Assembly: GCA_038087875.1 (NCBI GenBank)
Contig: CM076002.1
Span: 310,001 to 374,000, forward strand
Length of the DNA: 64,000 nucleotides
From: Malacoraja senta
Lineage: Eukaryota
Reading direction: 5' to 3'
The notes beneath the pieces were generated by a model, which was not told the origin of the DNA, did no database searches, and was given only the letters and a program-made list of their open reading frames with translations. Each line of letters opens with the position of its first letter. Position 1 is the first letter of the stretch. Shown one piece after another: positions 36,066-49,965 of the stretch. A program made the translations under genes and the position numbers.

Positions 36066-36926
36066 ACACAAAAAGTGCTGGAGTAACTCAGCGTCAGGCC
36101 GCAGCTCTGGAGAAAAAGGATAGGTGACGTTTCGGGTCGGGACCCTTCGTCGGAATGAAAGTAGTGGGGGGGGGGGGGGGGGAGAGAACTGAGGTGTGAA
36201 AAACCAGGACAAATCTGGGCCAGTACAGATGACCTCAGGCAGGGTGGTTCCCTGGTAGGCCAATTGTTGCATAGGTGTGATCTCAAAACAGACTCATTGA
36301 TGCGAATTGTAGATCTGGTTAAACAACCAGGGTGGAGGAAGGGGACAACGGGGTGGGGAGTGTTAGTAGAAGTTATTTAAAATTAGAGAATTCAATATTC
36401 ATACTGCTGGGTTCTAAGCTACCCAAGAAAAATATGAGGTGCAGTTCTTCCAATTTCCGTGCAGCCTCACTCTGGCAATGGAGGTGGCCCAGGACAGAAA
36501 GGTCAGTATGGGAATGGGAGTAAAAACCCACAAGATCCAGTAGGCCTCGGCGGACCAAGAATAAGTGTTCAGCATAACAGTCCCCGAGTCCACGTTTGCA
36601 TCGGGAACAGCGGTGGCAATAGATCGGGGCCCTTCTTAAAACTGACGGTTGGCGACGTTTCAGGTCAGGTCGCTTCATCAGACTGATGACAGGTGACGTT
36701 TCAAGTCGGGATAGTTCTTCCAACTGATGACGTTTCAGGTTGGGGCTTATCTTCAGATGGATGATAGGTGACATTTTGGGTCAGGACCCTTCTTCAGACG
36801 GTTTGCGGTGAGGTTTCAGACTTTTCAGGCTCTGGAGATGACATGCTCTCCTGACATGAAATGTCACGTGTCCATTCTCTCCAGATGGTGTCTGACCCAC
36901 TGAGCTCCTCCACATTTTGTATTTTG
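36066..36926 (-). mobile_element. Penelope-like remnant with hammerhead-like array (mirror of 8905-9765)
   Basis: Repeated GACGTTTC motifs at ~36654-36797. Confidence 0.7.
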
Positions 36927-37324
36927 CTCACTAACTTCATTAAGTTACAAATAGAGCAGAACTGTCACCTGAGGCATTGGGAAAGAACTTCCACCCTTAT
37001 ACGAACACACTGGCCCTGAACGCTCCTTATTTCACCATGACATTTTAATGTTTTTTTCAAATGTTCTCTGTAGATGTAGGATTAATCTTCTCTGAATATG
37101 TATTCATATATCGATGTCTGGATGTAGTTCAGTTTCTGTCATTGCAATTTTAAGAACTTGTGTGATTGCAAAAATGAGATAATTTTTTTTAAAATTTAAA
37201 ACAGGGATCTACATGAACTACAGAAGAGAACAGAGACCATACAACACTTTGTAAATCAGTTTTCTAAGTGGCAATGTCGAATGACAGGATACATACGTGA
37301 ACTACAAGAGATTGCGAACAGTAT

Positions 37325-38938
37325 TACATAGATACATATACATAGAAAATAGGTGCAGGAGTAGGCCATTCGGCCCTTCGAGCCTGCACCGCCATTCAAT
37401 ATGATCATGGCTGATCATCCAACTCAGTATCCCGTACCTGCCTTCTCTCCATACCCCCTGATCCCTTTAGCCACAAGGGCCACATCTAACTCCCTCTTAA
37501 ATATAGCCAATGAACTGGCCTCAACTACCCTCTGTGGCAGAGAGTTCCAGAGATTCACCACTCTCTGTGTGAAAAAGTTTTTCCTCATCTCGGTCTTAAA
37601 GGATTTCCCCCTTATCCTTAAGCTGTGACCCCTTGTCCTGGACTTCCCCAACATCGGGAACAATCTTCCTGCATCTAGCCTGTCCAACCCCATAAGAATT
37701 TTGTACGTTTCTATAAGATCCCCTCTTAATCTCCTAAATTCTAGCGAGTATAAGCCAAGTCTATCCAGTCTTTCTTCATATGAAAGTCCTGACATCCCAG
37801 GAATCAGTCTGGTGAACCTTCTCTGCACTCCCTCTATGGCTATAATGTCCTTCCTCAGATTTGGAGACCAAAACTGTACGCAATTCTCCAGGTGTGGTCT
37901 CACCAAGACCCTGTACAACTGCAGTAGAACCTCCCTGCTCCTATACTCAAATCCTCTTGCTATGAAGGCCAACATACCATTCGCTTTCTTCACTGCCTGC
38001 TGCACCTGCATGCCTACTTTCAATGACTGGTGTACCATGACACCCAGGTCTCGCTGCATCTCCCCATTTCCTAATCGGCCACCATTTAGATAATAGTCTG
38101 CCTTCCCGTTTTTGCCACCAAAGTGGATAACCTCACATTTATCCACATTATACTGCATCTGCCAAACATTTGCCCACTCACCCAGCCTATCCAAGTCACC
38201 TTGCAGTCTCCTAGCATCCTCCTCACAGCTAACACTGCCCCCCAGCTTAGTGTCATCCGCAAACTTGGAGATGTTGCTTTCAATTCCCTCGTCCAGATCA
38301 TTAATATAAATTGTAAATAGCTGGGGTCCCAGCACTGAGCCTTGCGGTACCCCACTAGTCACTGCCTGCCATTGCGAAAAGGACCCGTTTATTCCTACTC
38401 TTTGCTTCCTGTTTGCCAGCCAGTTCTCTATCCACATCAATACTGAACCCCCAATACCGTGTGATTTAAGTTTGTATCCTAATCTCTTATGTGGTACCTT
38501 GTCGAAAGCCTTCTGAAAGTCCAGATACAACACATCCACTAGTTCACCCCTATCCACTCTACTAGTTACATCCTCGAAAAATTCTATAAGATTCGTCAGA
38601 CATGATTTACCTTTCGTAAATCCATGCTGACTTTGTCCAATGATTTCACCACTTTCCAAATGTGCTGCTATCCCATCTTTAATAACTGACTCTAGCAGTT
38701 TCCCCACTACCGATGTTAGACTAACTGGTCTGTAATTCCCTGTTTTCTCTCTCCCTACCTTCTTAAAAAGTGGGGTTACGTTTGCTACCCTCCAATCCTC
38801 AGGAACTACTCCAGAATCTAAAGAGTTTTGAAAGATTATCACTAATGCATCCACTATTTCTGGAGCTACTTCCTTAAATACTCTGGGATGCAGCCTATCT
38901 GGCCCTGGTGATTTATCGGCCTTTAATCCATTCAATTG
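37325..38938 (-). mobile_element. CR1 LINE, RT ORF 37424..38935 (mirror of 6893-8506)
   Basis: 503-aa ORF, 5 aa differences from the left copy. Confidence 0.95.
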
Positions 38939-39486
38939 CCTTCCTTACTACAAATTAACTTTTTGTGAATTCTGCACCAGCACACCCAAGTCCCTTTACA
39001 CCTCCGATTTCTGGATTCTCTCTCCATTTAGAAAATAATCTACGCTTTTATCCTTATTACCAAAATGCATGACTCCGCACTTTGCTACACTATATTCCAC
39101 CTGCCACTTCTCTGCCCACTCTCTCAACCTGTCCAAGTCCTTCTGCAGAGACCTTGCTTCCTCTGCTGGGCTCCACCTATCTTAGCATCATCTGCAAACT
39201 TGGCCACAAAGCCTTCAATCCCCTAATCCAAATCATTACTGAACAATTGTTTTCTCTGCAATTTTGGAGGTTGAGGGGAATTATATAAAATTATGAGAGG
39301 CATAGATAGGGTAAACAGTCAGAATTATATTCCCATGGTGGAAATGTCCAACCCTACAAGGCAAGAGGGGGAAATATAATAGAGATGTGGGGCAAGTTAT
39401 TTTTACACAGAGGGTGGTGGGTAGATGGAACGTATTGCCAGGTGTGCTGGTGGACGCAGATACGATAGTGATGTTCATGAAGCTTT

Positions 39487-40305
39487 TAAGTAAGTAAAGT
39501 AAAGTATCCTTTATTGTCATTCAGACCTTTTCGGTCTGAACGAAATTTCGTTGCCTTGCAGTCATAATAAAATAACAAAACACACAATAAACACAAATTT
39601 AACATCCACCACAGGGAGTTCACCAGGCACCTCCTCACTGTGATGGAAGGCAAAAGTCTTAAAGTCTTTGTCTCTTCCCTCCTTGTTCTCCCTCTGCGCT
39701 GAGGCGATCCAGGCCTCCGATGTTGTGACCCCACCGGGTGATGGTAAGAAAGTCCCGCGGCTCAACCATGCTCCGCGAACGGGCCGGTTCAAACTCCGTG
39801 GCCCGGGGTGGTCGAAGCTGCCGAAGCTGCCGCCCTCCAGTCCAGCGGACGAAGCTGTTGCCGCGGGAGCTCCGGAAAAAAACAGGTCACCAACCTGTGA
39901 CCTGCGAGCTCCCGACGATGTCGTCCACTGGCCGCCGCCGGAACGCCGCCACAGCTCCGAGTCGGGCCGCCGCTGCCGGAACGAAGCCTCAGCCCCGAAG
40001 TCAGCCAGCCTCGCGCTGGTAAGTCCTGGCTGGCTCTGCCTCCGGAGCCTCGAGGTCGGTCCCAGTTGGACGCCGCCAGCTCCGCCATTAGGCCTCAGCG
40101 CAGACGGAGACGGGGGAAACGACAAGAAAAAGTCGCATCCCCCCGAAGGAAGAGACTAAAACAAGTTTCTCCCCCCCTCCCCCCCCCAACACATACACAA
40201 CCCAATAACTAAAATCAACTAACCAAAACAGGACAAGAAAACATCAATATAAGAAAAAAAGACGGACTGCAGGCGAGCCGCAGCTGCTAAGGCAGCGCCG
40301 CCATG
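39487..40305 (-). mobile_element. GC-rich non-coding retroposon (mirror of 5497-6344)
   Basis: Reverse complement with a short internal deletion near 39930. Confidence 0.6.
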
Positions 40306-40869
40306 GTGGAGGTGCATGGATTTGCAGGGAATGGAGGGTTATGGAGGCAGATGAAATCAGTGTAGCTAGGTTCCATGTTTGGCATAATCATTGTGGGCTG
40401 AAGGGCCCGTTCTTGTGTTGTCCTGTTCTATGTTCTTATAAACCACAAACAGCACGGATCTCTGCAGCACACCACTATTCACAGGCCTCTGGTCCATAAA
40501 ACAATGTTCCACCACCACCTCTGCTTCCTTCCATGAAGCTAATTCTCTGTCCAGTCAGCTGGCTCTCCCTGGATTCATGCGATCTAACCTTCTGGAGCAG
40601 CCACCATGCGGAATCTTATCAAAGGTTTGCTGAAGTCCATACAGACCAAGTCTACAGCTTTGCCCGCATCCTTTTTGGTTACTTCTGCAAAAGCAATTTT
40701 AATAAGAATTGATTGAAACTCTCTACTCTGCTAATCGTTTTATGATTTATAATCAAATTTATAATCAGATTTGAATTTTAATGTTGTGTGATTTTCTCTG
40801 CCATTTCCTTTATAGAGAAGTAATTTGTCCATTTCTACCTCTAACTGAGTGATGTCACATTAAGGCACC

Positions 40870-43800
40870 TCACCAAGACTGAATGTTTGTGTTATACGTC
40901 TTATTCAGATCTCCCCTCACTACATCCCAGTCAATGTTCCAGGATTCATCGATCTCTGCAGATTTTACTCCATATTTTTTAGCAAACTGCTCATTGAAAG
41001 TGTAGAAAACCTTCTTCCAATAGGATGCTGCCTGTGCGGAAATTTCCCGCTGGATGGTCCAAAATTTGTAGTAATCATTGACAGTTTGATAATCCTTGAA
41101 GGGTTTCCATTCCCCATTTGTGTGCTTATTTTTAAAACTTGTATTACCTGCGACTAAAGCTGTGCAGACCTCAGTTACAAGATGTTCACTGTGTCTCCAT
41201 CGGCAGCCAATGAGTCCTTCAGGTCTGTGCTGGTTACACGAGTGCTGTGAGTGTACCGGGGTCTCTGAATCACAGAAAACCCCACAGAAAGGACATTTCT
41301 TAGTACAATTGAATAACCCTTTGAACAGCTCATCCCTGGGTCTAATGGATAATCCTTCAATCTTTGCTTGGATATCCCAACCTGTTACCTCACTGAGGAG
41401 TCTCTGCTCCACCTCTTCAATAGATGGCAGAACTGCTTCTGCCAATTTCTTGCCATCACCATCACTGTGAAACAGAACGAGTTTCATTTCATCTTTGGGC
41501 ATTGAGATTCTGGTGTTTAACTTTTCAACAAACATGTCCAGGAAGCTCTGAACATTTCCAGTAAAGTTGTGCATCACTGCATCCTTAACAATCTCTTTAG
41601 CTTTCCCAGTGATCTGTGAGGATTCCTTTAGCCAGACGGGTAAACGTGCTCTCTCCATCACGTTGTGTCTTGCAGTGTTCAATAACCTGGTGATGGAGCC
41701 AGTCTTTGGCCAAATTCTCAAGGTCAGTGATATACCGGTGATAGTCATCAAATGTATCCCTTTGTTTCAAGTGCACCAGGAGGGCCACAGTGAAGTTGTT
41801 GTGGAGACTGTACTTTCTCTCAGGGTCATTTTGTTTCATATCATCCACGATGTTCACACTGAGAGCCTTGAGGGTGGCGTCTGTGAGAGCTGGCAAGAAA
41901 CAAGATTGTGCAAACCGTTCTGCTTGTCTCTTGTTCTCATCCTGCTCTGTGTAAATATCCATGAAGACATCATAGTATTGACCCTTCATGTTTGCCAGTC
42001 TTTGCCGTGGGTCGTGTTTCTGGATGAACCTCGTCTGCATGTCTTGGAATCTTGGTACAGCGTAACCACACAGGTGAAGTTTAAACTCAGCCCTGAATTC
42101 CTCACTCATTGTGAAGTTTGGGTGTGAAATATTGTTAATTTTCTCCTGTATAATATGCAAAAGTTCAATACAATATCTAATGTCATAATCCATGTCTATT
42201 TTTGTGATGTCACTGATCCATTGATGGCATTTAAGCTCGAGGGATTGTGTAATCATTGCTGCCCGATTAACATCTGATTGGTGCGAGGATAGCCCAATTG
42301 TGGTTTTAGCACGTCTCATCCATGCCTTGTTGATGTGTTTACCTTCAATTTGAAAGCACTGGGTTCCCTGTTTACAGAGAGGTTTTCTTTCTAGCATTTT
42401 ATTAATCACCCTCCCTTGAGTTGCTGTGTTCTCTCTGAGAAGATTTTCAATCTCCAGTTCAATGTTTCTTTCTCTACAGGGCTGATAGTACAACCATGAC
42501 AGTGTGTCTTGCCACATCTTTCCAAAGGCAGTTTGCAGTTCCTCGTCACCCAACACCTGATTTGCCCCTTTACACTTTAATAAAAGCTCCTTGACCTGTT
42601 GTTCCATCTTCTGGTGACATTTATTCCAAATAGCATCCACTTCCTGCAGTCCCACACATCTGTTCACAGCATCCCTACATCTGTGCATTGAATCGTCCTG
42701 AAGCCGTCTGCATAAACTGGAGATGCTGAGCTTGAATTCCTCCCTGTATTTCTCCATCAGCTGCACGTTATCAGCCCCACTTTCAAACACAGCGTTTAGT
42801 TTATCCAGAGTCTCACCTTCCCTTTTGTTAATCTCCATCCTGATCTCATATTCCAGTGTTTGGAGCAGTAGGTTGAGGTCACCACTGGCATTGTTTACTG
42901 TGTTTTCAGCCTTGTTTCCCCAGGAGTGTGTGAATTTGTGGAGGTCCCACTCCCAGTCCTTGTACTTCACAGAGAGCTGGTTGTAAGCCTCTGCGAACAG
43001 ACTGTTCTGGAAGCTGAAAATGAAATTCTCATGTTTCACCTGCTCCCAAAGGCCAGTCATCCATTTGGTAAAGTCTGGGATTGTTAAAGCTCCTTGGCCT
43101 GATTTCCCTTTGAGTAAACATTGAATGAGACTCTTCTTCAGTTGGAAGACGTGTTCACTATAGCCAGTGTTGACGGCTGCCATTGGGGGTGTACCTTGCC
43201 ACAGACCAGGGATGTACCAGTTGTCCTTGTCAGCATCATAGTCCATCACATCACGGAACGTAACTCCCTCCACCTTCTCCAGTTTTGCTACAGCCTCTGT
43301 CATCTTATCCAGCTGTTCCAGTAGTTTCTGACGGCCTCTCAGATTGTGATCATGTGCACTCACATCTCCAACATTCTGGTGGACAAATATACACTTTGGT
43401 CTTCTCCCCGTCAGTTTCATGCGGAGTAAGGAATGAACAACAATCTGTAAAATATCTTTCATCTCTGCGATGGTTTCCATGCCTATGTTTACCAACGTTA
43501 TGTTGCTTAATCCCACCACGAATGTTGCCAGCTCATTGTCGTGTTCATAGCTGTCTGTTAGTGTTGCAAGTTCTGGAGCTCTCAGCCCCTCCGTGTCAAT
43601 GACCAGGATGAAGTCACAGCCCAGCTCCTCCGACAGGCCCCCTGTGACCTTAATCAGCTGCATGTAGACCCCTTGAGTACATCGGCCGCTGCTCACAGCA
43701 AACCGCAAACAGAACATTGTATTGAGGAGCGTGGACTTGCCTGTGCTCTGAACTCCAATCACTGTCAGCACAAACACTCGCGAAGCACGTCCCACCTTCT

Positions 43801-45872
43801 CGGCCACTGCTTCCAGTACAGCAGTGATCCATGAAACAGGAACGTTGGAGACGTCTCCATCAATGAGCTCCAGTGGGAACCCATCCAGTAACAGTTCAGC
43901 AGCAACACCCGGTAACTGAAGCACATGTGGGTGGATCTGTGTTTGTTGCTTGATGTTGTGTTGTGTCACTGAGAGTTCATAAACCTGGCCCAGTTCCCTC
44001 ATGAAGGACATTATAGCCATAGAGGGAGTGCAGAGAAGGTTCACCAGACTGATTCCTGGGATGTCAGGACTTTCATATGAAGAAAGACTGGATAGACTCG
44101 GCTTATACTCGCTAGAATTTAGGAGATTGAGAGGGGATCTTATAGAAACGTACAAAATTCTTATGGGGTTGGACAGGCTAGATGCAGGAAGATTGTTCCC
44201 GATGTTGGGGAAGTCCAGGACAAGGGGTCACAGCTTAAGGATAAGGGGAAAATCCTTTAAGACCGAGATGAGGAAAAACGTTTTCACACAAAGAGTGGTG
44301 AATCTCTGGAACTCTCTGCCACAGAGGGTAGTTGAGGCCAGTTCATTGGCTATATTTAAGAGGGAGTTAGATGTGGCCCTTGTGGCTAAAGGGATCAGGG
44401 GGTATGGAGAGAAGGCAGGTACAGGATACTGAGTTGGATGATCAGCCATGATCATATTGAATGGCGGTGCAGGCTCGAAGGGCCGAATGGCCTACTCCTG
44501 CACCTATTTTCTATGTATCTATGTATCTATGAAGTGCTCAAGTTCCAGGGAACTATCAGCCATCTTCTGATCCATGTCCTTCAGCTCCTTGACCTTCTGC
44601 ATTGAGTCTTTGCTCAGTTCTTTATAATCCCTGTGCAATCCTGCCATGATTTGCCTTGATTTACTGTCCAGCATCAGCTTCAGCCAATGCAAGGAAATGG
44701 CCCTGTCATCCCCACCAGCACAGGTGAGGTGGTCAATGAACATCTGCATCTCCTTCGACAGGCTCTGTCTGAGCTGAGCTTCCCGGATTCTTTTCTTGTC
44801 TTGGTCCAGCTCGTGGTTATACTTCTCTGTGGTTCTGTCCCCACGGAGTTTCATCCGAGACTTCTCTTTCTCAACTTTAGACAGCCTTTGCCAGGGCTCT
44901 CCATGAAAGGGCAGCACTCTCTTTTTATACCCAGTGATGTCTGCAGGGTCAAGACTGCCCAGTATTTTGGTCAAGTCCTTGGCCCGTTGTATTTCAGGCT
45001 GATGTTCATCGACCCGAATCCCACTTTCCCTCGCAATGTCACCCACATGCTCCAGACTCAGGAAGCTCTGGTCCCTGTCCTTCATGGGAATCACTTGTTT
45101 TATCTGAGAACGAATTTCTTCCACAAGTTCAGCCTCGTTTACATTTGTCCGAACAATGCATTGTTGAGGTTGTAACTTCAGATCTTTGAACAGTTTCTTT
45201 ACCTGCTTTGGGGTGATGTGTTGCTGACTGATGTAAGTGTTCACTATCAGAAAGAGTTTTGCTGGTGACTGTGCCAGAGAGGTGAGGAATTCTCTTTCCT
45301 TCTCACCGATAACGTCAATGAAAAATTGTGAGCATGATATTTTAACAATGGGCCTCATGGCCCAGAGGAGAAGGGTGGCACCAGGCCCTTCCATAGGTCC
45401 CCTCACCTTGTCCATGGGGTAACTGTGCCCTTCTGGCAGCAGAAAGGGTAATGCAAGTTGGCACATGGACATCTTCAGCATCAGTTCCTGCTGGAGAGAG
45501 TGGTCGGCACAGAGGAAAATGGCAGCAATGATATCCAGAGGGTTAATCCCAGAATCACCTTGGCTCTTTCACTTCAAAGAAATCACTGAAATCTTCAACA
45601 TCGACTTTCTTGTCTTCCAAGGACTGAGCAGGGGGCCATTTTGGATTCCTCGCCAGTGAATTAGCTGAGAGGATCCTTTGGAGATATCGCCAAGGAAGAT
45701 CTTCTGGTCGAGTTGGTTTGCTGTCGTCCAGTTTACCCCAGGATACCTCCCGCATGGACGTCAGTGACAGTTTGTGAGGATAATGATCCTGTAAACCCAA
45801 ATCCATCACAAGTTGTGGAGTGTTCAGGTTTCCAGACCAGCTATTTACAGTTGATGAAACACTCGCCATTCC
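40870..45872 (-). pseudogene. GVIN1: GVIN1/VLIG-family GTPase pseudogene
   Basis: Homologous to 120-4947. +1 frameshift ~45560, in-frame 351-bp deletion ~45325, CR1 insertion 44007-44528, -2 frameshift ~41618. G1 GVQSTGKS and DTEG retained. Confidence 0.92.
44007..44528 (+). mobile_element. CR1 3' fragment inserted in the GVIN exon, flanked by ATGAAG
   Basis: Near-identical to 7981-8500. ATGAAG at 44001-44006 and 44529-44534; single copy of this site in the left gene. Confidence 0.95.
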
Positions 45873-46124
45873 CTCTGACTGGGTGAATGTACTCCCTGGG
45901 ATCTGTATGCTCTTTCAAAGAGAGGTGGTTCTTGTCCTGTAATTGCCAGCATGTCAGGGCTCCTGTCTTGTATATTGCAGTTGGGTGAATCTTCACCAGT
46001 TGCACGTTTCTGTTCCAGTATCTACCTTGAGGCCTGGGCTCCTATTCCACATTATAACACGGTGCCTGGATACTGGCCCAGGATTTATCGAGTTGTCCGG
46101 TCTCCTGTCCCGGGATATTTCACA

Positions 46125-47529
46125 TAGAAACATAGAAACATAGAAAATAGGTGCAGGAATAGGCCATTCGGCCCTTCGAGCCTGCACCGCCATTCAAAAT
46201 GATCATGGCTGATCATCCAACTCAGTATCCTGTACCTGCCTTCTCTCCATACCCCCTGATCCCTTTAGCCACAAGGGCCACATCTAACTCCCTCTTAAAT
46301 ATAGCCAATGAACTGGCCTCAACTACCTTCTGTGGCAGAGATTTCCACAGATTCACCACTCTCTGTGTAAAAAATCTTTTTCTCATCTCAGTCCTAAAAG
46401 ATTTCCCCTTTTTCCTTAAACTGACCCCTTGTTCTGGACTCCCCCAACATCGGGAACAATCTTCCTGCATCTAGCCTGTCCAACCCCTTAAGAATGTTGT
46501 AAGTTTCTATAAGATTCCCCCTCAATCTTTTAAATTCCAGCGAGTACAAGCCGAGTCTAGATAGATAGATAGATAGAATCTTTATTTGCCACACGACCAG
46601 GGTTGGTGGTATTTGGGTTCGGTACATGATGGTACACTGCTTTAGTCACATTAACACTAATAACAACACAGATCATAGTAATAAAGTACATCCATACCAC
46701 ATCACAAATCACAAATCTCACCAACAATACATAGTGCAAAAGAACAGACAAGACCATAGACAAGACACTGCATACATCCAAAGTCCTTAGTATTGTCTGT
46801 TATTGGAGGGAATTGACTGTTCTTATTGCTGAGGGGAACAAACTGTTTTTAAAGCGGGTGGATTTTGTAGCAAGTGACCTAAGGCGCCTCCCTGAAGGGA
46901 GAGACTGGAAAAGGTGGTTTGCTGGATGGGAGGGGTCCGAGATGATCTTTATTGCCCGTTTTGAGGTATGTTGGAGGTAAATGGTATAGATTGAGGGGAG
47001 GGGAGAGTTGATGATCCTAGAGGCCTTGGAGACAATGCGCTGTATTCTGTGTAGTGAGTGACTGTCAGTGTTTCCGTACCAGACTGTGATTGAGGAGGTG
47101 ATGATGCTTTCAATGATGGATTGATAGAAACGGACCAGGAGGTGTTTGTGGACCCTGAACCTTTTGAGCTGTCTGAGGAAGTATAGGCGTTGTTGTCCTT
47201 TCTTGATGATGTGGACTATCCAGTCTTTCCTCATATGAAAGTCCTGACATCCCAGGAATCAGTCTGGTGAACCTTCTCTGTACTCCCTCTATGGCAAGAA
47301 TGTCCTTCCACAGATTAGGAGACCAAAACTGTACGCAATACTCCAGGTGTGGTCTCACCAAGACCCTGTACAACTGCAGTAGAACCTCCCTGCTCCTATA
47401 CTCAAATCCTTTTGCTATGAATGCTAACTTCGCTTTCGCTTTCTTCACTGCCTGCTGCACCTGCATGCCCACTTTCAATGACTGGTGTACCATGACACCC
47501 AGGTCTCGTTGCATCTCCCCTTTTCTTAA
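46125..47529 (-). mobile_element. CR1 3' fragment (flanked by TTCACA) with nested Rex1/Babar fragment 46559-47212
   Basis: The CR1 halves rejoin at CCGAGT-CTA-TCCAGTC. The nested piece is the same family as 19633-20335. Confidence 0.9.
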
Positions 47530-49199
47530 TTCACAGAGCCCAGACGACCAAGTTGTGATGTGTTGGAGTGCTGGAGTTCCTATCCTGGGATCACAGGGCT
47601 GGTCACTTCTTTGGCTCTGAGTGACGATCCTCTTGTTGTCCTGGCACCATGTGTTTCAAGTACAGTCAGTGTGTGATCACTGTGGGTACCTGGAATTGGT
47701 CACCAGAATTAGACATGGCCTTGGAATTGGATTATTATTGTCACATGTATGAGATACAGTGAAAAACTCTGCATACTATCCAGTCAAATCATACCATACA
47801 TGATACAATGAAGCCTTACAAAAGTACAAGTAGCACAAAAATAAATATACCAGTGTAGAATGTAGTAAAACATGCAAGAACCACAATGAGCTATTGCTGT
47901 TGGTTTATTATTGGTATTACTGTTGTTAGATTGTGAGATTGGGATTATTCCTTTATGTTATGGGAGGAAAATTCAACAAACTGACAGCCGCAGGGAAGTA
48001 GTTGTTCCTGAACTTTATCCACAACTCTCTGCAATATCTTGTGGTTTTGGGTAGAGAAGTTTCCAAACCAAGTCGTAATGCATCTGGATAGAATGCTTTC
48101 TGCTGTGTATATTTTTTGAGACCATATCTGAAGGACTGTGTACAAACCTGGTGTGCTTACCTAATGAAAGGTGCACCTTCTATAGAGGGAGTGCATTGAA
48201 GATTCTCCAGACAGAATCCAGGAAGTGCTCAGGGGTTCAGGCAGCGTCTATGAAGAGAGAAACAGAGTCCAAGTTTCAGGTTTACAGGGGTTTGTCACAT
48301 GAGGAGAAATAGAGTAAAGCTGCCGTCTATTCTTGGTGTTCAAAGACTGAGCGATCTTGCAGAAACTTGTGAAATTCTACCAGGCTTGATAGATTGGACA
48401 CAGGGAGGAAGTTTCTCCTGGATGTGGTATCCAGGGTCAGGGGCACAATCTCAGAGTAAGGATGGGCTATAAATGACCAAGATGAGGACAAACTCTTCAC
48501 CTGGAGGCTGGTGGATCTTCAGAGTTCTCGACCCCAGAGTTCTCTGGAGACTCAGTCACTGAGTTCATTCAAAACAGTGATTGATTGAATCCTACAGGTC
48601 AAGGGAACTAAGTCGGCAGCAGTGGTGAGTGAGGTGGACCTGGAAGAGAGGATCTGGAGAGACAGATGCATAAATAGATCTCACCCAGCTCCCGGAGTAT
48701 AGCAGCAGAGCTGGAGGGGATGTCACGAATCAGACAGTGATGCCTGGCAGTGGTGGCAGCGACATGGTGAGTAACACATGTGGATAGTTCTGTCTCTGCT
48801 TCCTACTATCATTCACTGATGTAAGAATAAAGGTAGGGGTGGTAAATTGTAACAGGTAGAATTGAGAGGAAGAAGGTGGTTAGTGTAATCAGCACTAAAT
48901 TAAAGTGAGTGACAAAGGGCTTAGTCCAAGGTGTCCAATGGTCACAATATGTGGGGAATTGGAAATTTCCAGTTTCCTGTTGGCCATGTGTGCAGGAGGG
49001 ATGACCCACTTCAGCTCCTGACTGGATGCATTGGCCATTTGAAGTCATTGATTCATAGAGCTGTATGACACAGAAACGGGCCATTTGGATGAATTCCACC
49101 ATGTTGCCCAACCAAGCGAGTCCCTCTTGCCTGCTCCTTGCTGATCTCCCTCCAAATCTTTCCTATCCATGTACCTGTCCCAGTATCTTTGAAATGACA

Positions 49200-49450
49200 T
49201 TTTCGCCACCTCCAACTGGCCACTTCTTCCCTTCTCCTCCCCTGTCTGCTTTCCGCTGAGACTGCTCCCTCCGTAACTCTCTGGTCAATTTGTCCCTTCC
49301 CACCCAAACCACCCTCTCTCCTGGCACTTACCCTTGCAACCGCAGGAAATGCTACACTTGTCGCTTTACCTCCCCCCTTGACACCATTCAAGGACCCAAG
49401 CAGTCTTTCCACATGCGTCAGAGGTTCACCTGCATCTCCTCCAACCTCAT
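49200..49450 (+). mobile_element. Penelope-like fragment
   Basis: PGTYPCNRRKCYTC..IQGPKQSFHMRQRFTCISSNLI. Confidence 0.85.
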
Positions 49451-49965
49451 AAGTTCATGTTCATTTATTGTCACATACACCAATTGGTGCAGTGAAATTC
49501 ACTGGCCAGGTCAGACATACAATTTTAAAAAGCAACACTCAGAAAACACATTTTAACATAAACATCCATTACAGTGACTCCTACACATTCCTCACTGTGA
49601 TGGAAGGCGAAAATAAAGTTTGTCCTACCCTTGTTGTCCCTTGTTGTTCTTCCTTGGTCGAGGGCCTCGAGTCCCCCGTTGATGGGACGGTCTTGTGTCC
49701 CGTAGCTGGCGGCGTACGGGCCCTCCGCGTTGAGGCGTTCAGCTCCCGCATCGGGGGGATGTCAGCTCCCCCGTGCCGGGCGATCGAACCTCGCGTCCAG
49801 GCTGGACGAACCTTCTGCGGCGTTGGAGCGCCCGACTAGCCTCTCCCGAGACTGCGAGCCCTTGATGGTAAGTCCGCAGGCCGCGGTGGGAGCGATCCCA
49901 GGCAGGGGATTCGCTCCGATGTTAAGACCGCGCCCCGCGGTGGGGCTCACGACAGTCCGTTTCGA
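49451..49965 (-). mobile_element. GC-rich non-coding retroposon related to 5497-6344
   Basis: Shares the AACATCCA..CCTCACTGTGATGGAAGGC core; GACAATAAA 3' end on the minus strand. Confidence 0.5.

Larger units (their letters stand above)
25134..45872 (-). repeat. Right arm of large inverted duplication
   Basis: Reverse complement of the left arm. Lacks left ~16910-18926 and ~14653-15886; has extra ~31125-32907. Confidence 0.95.
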
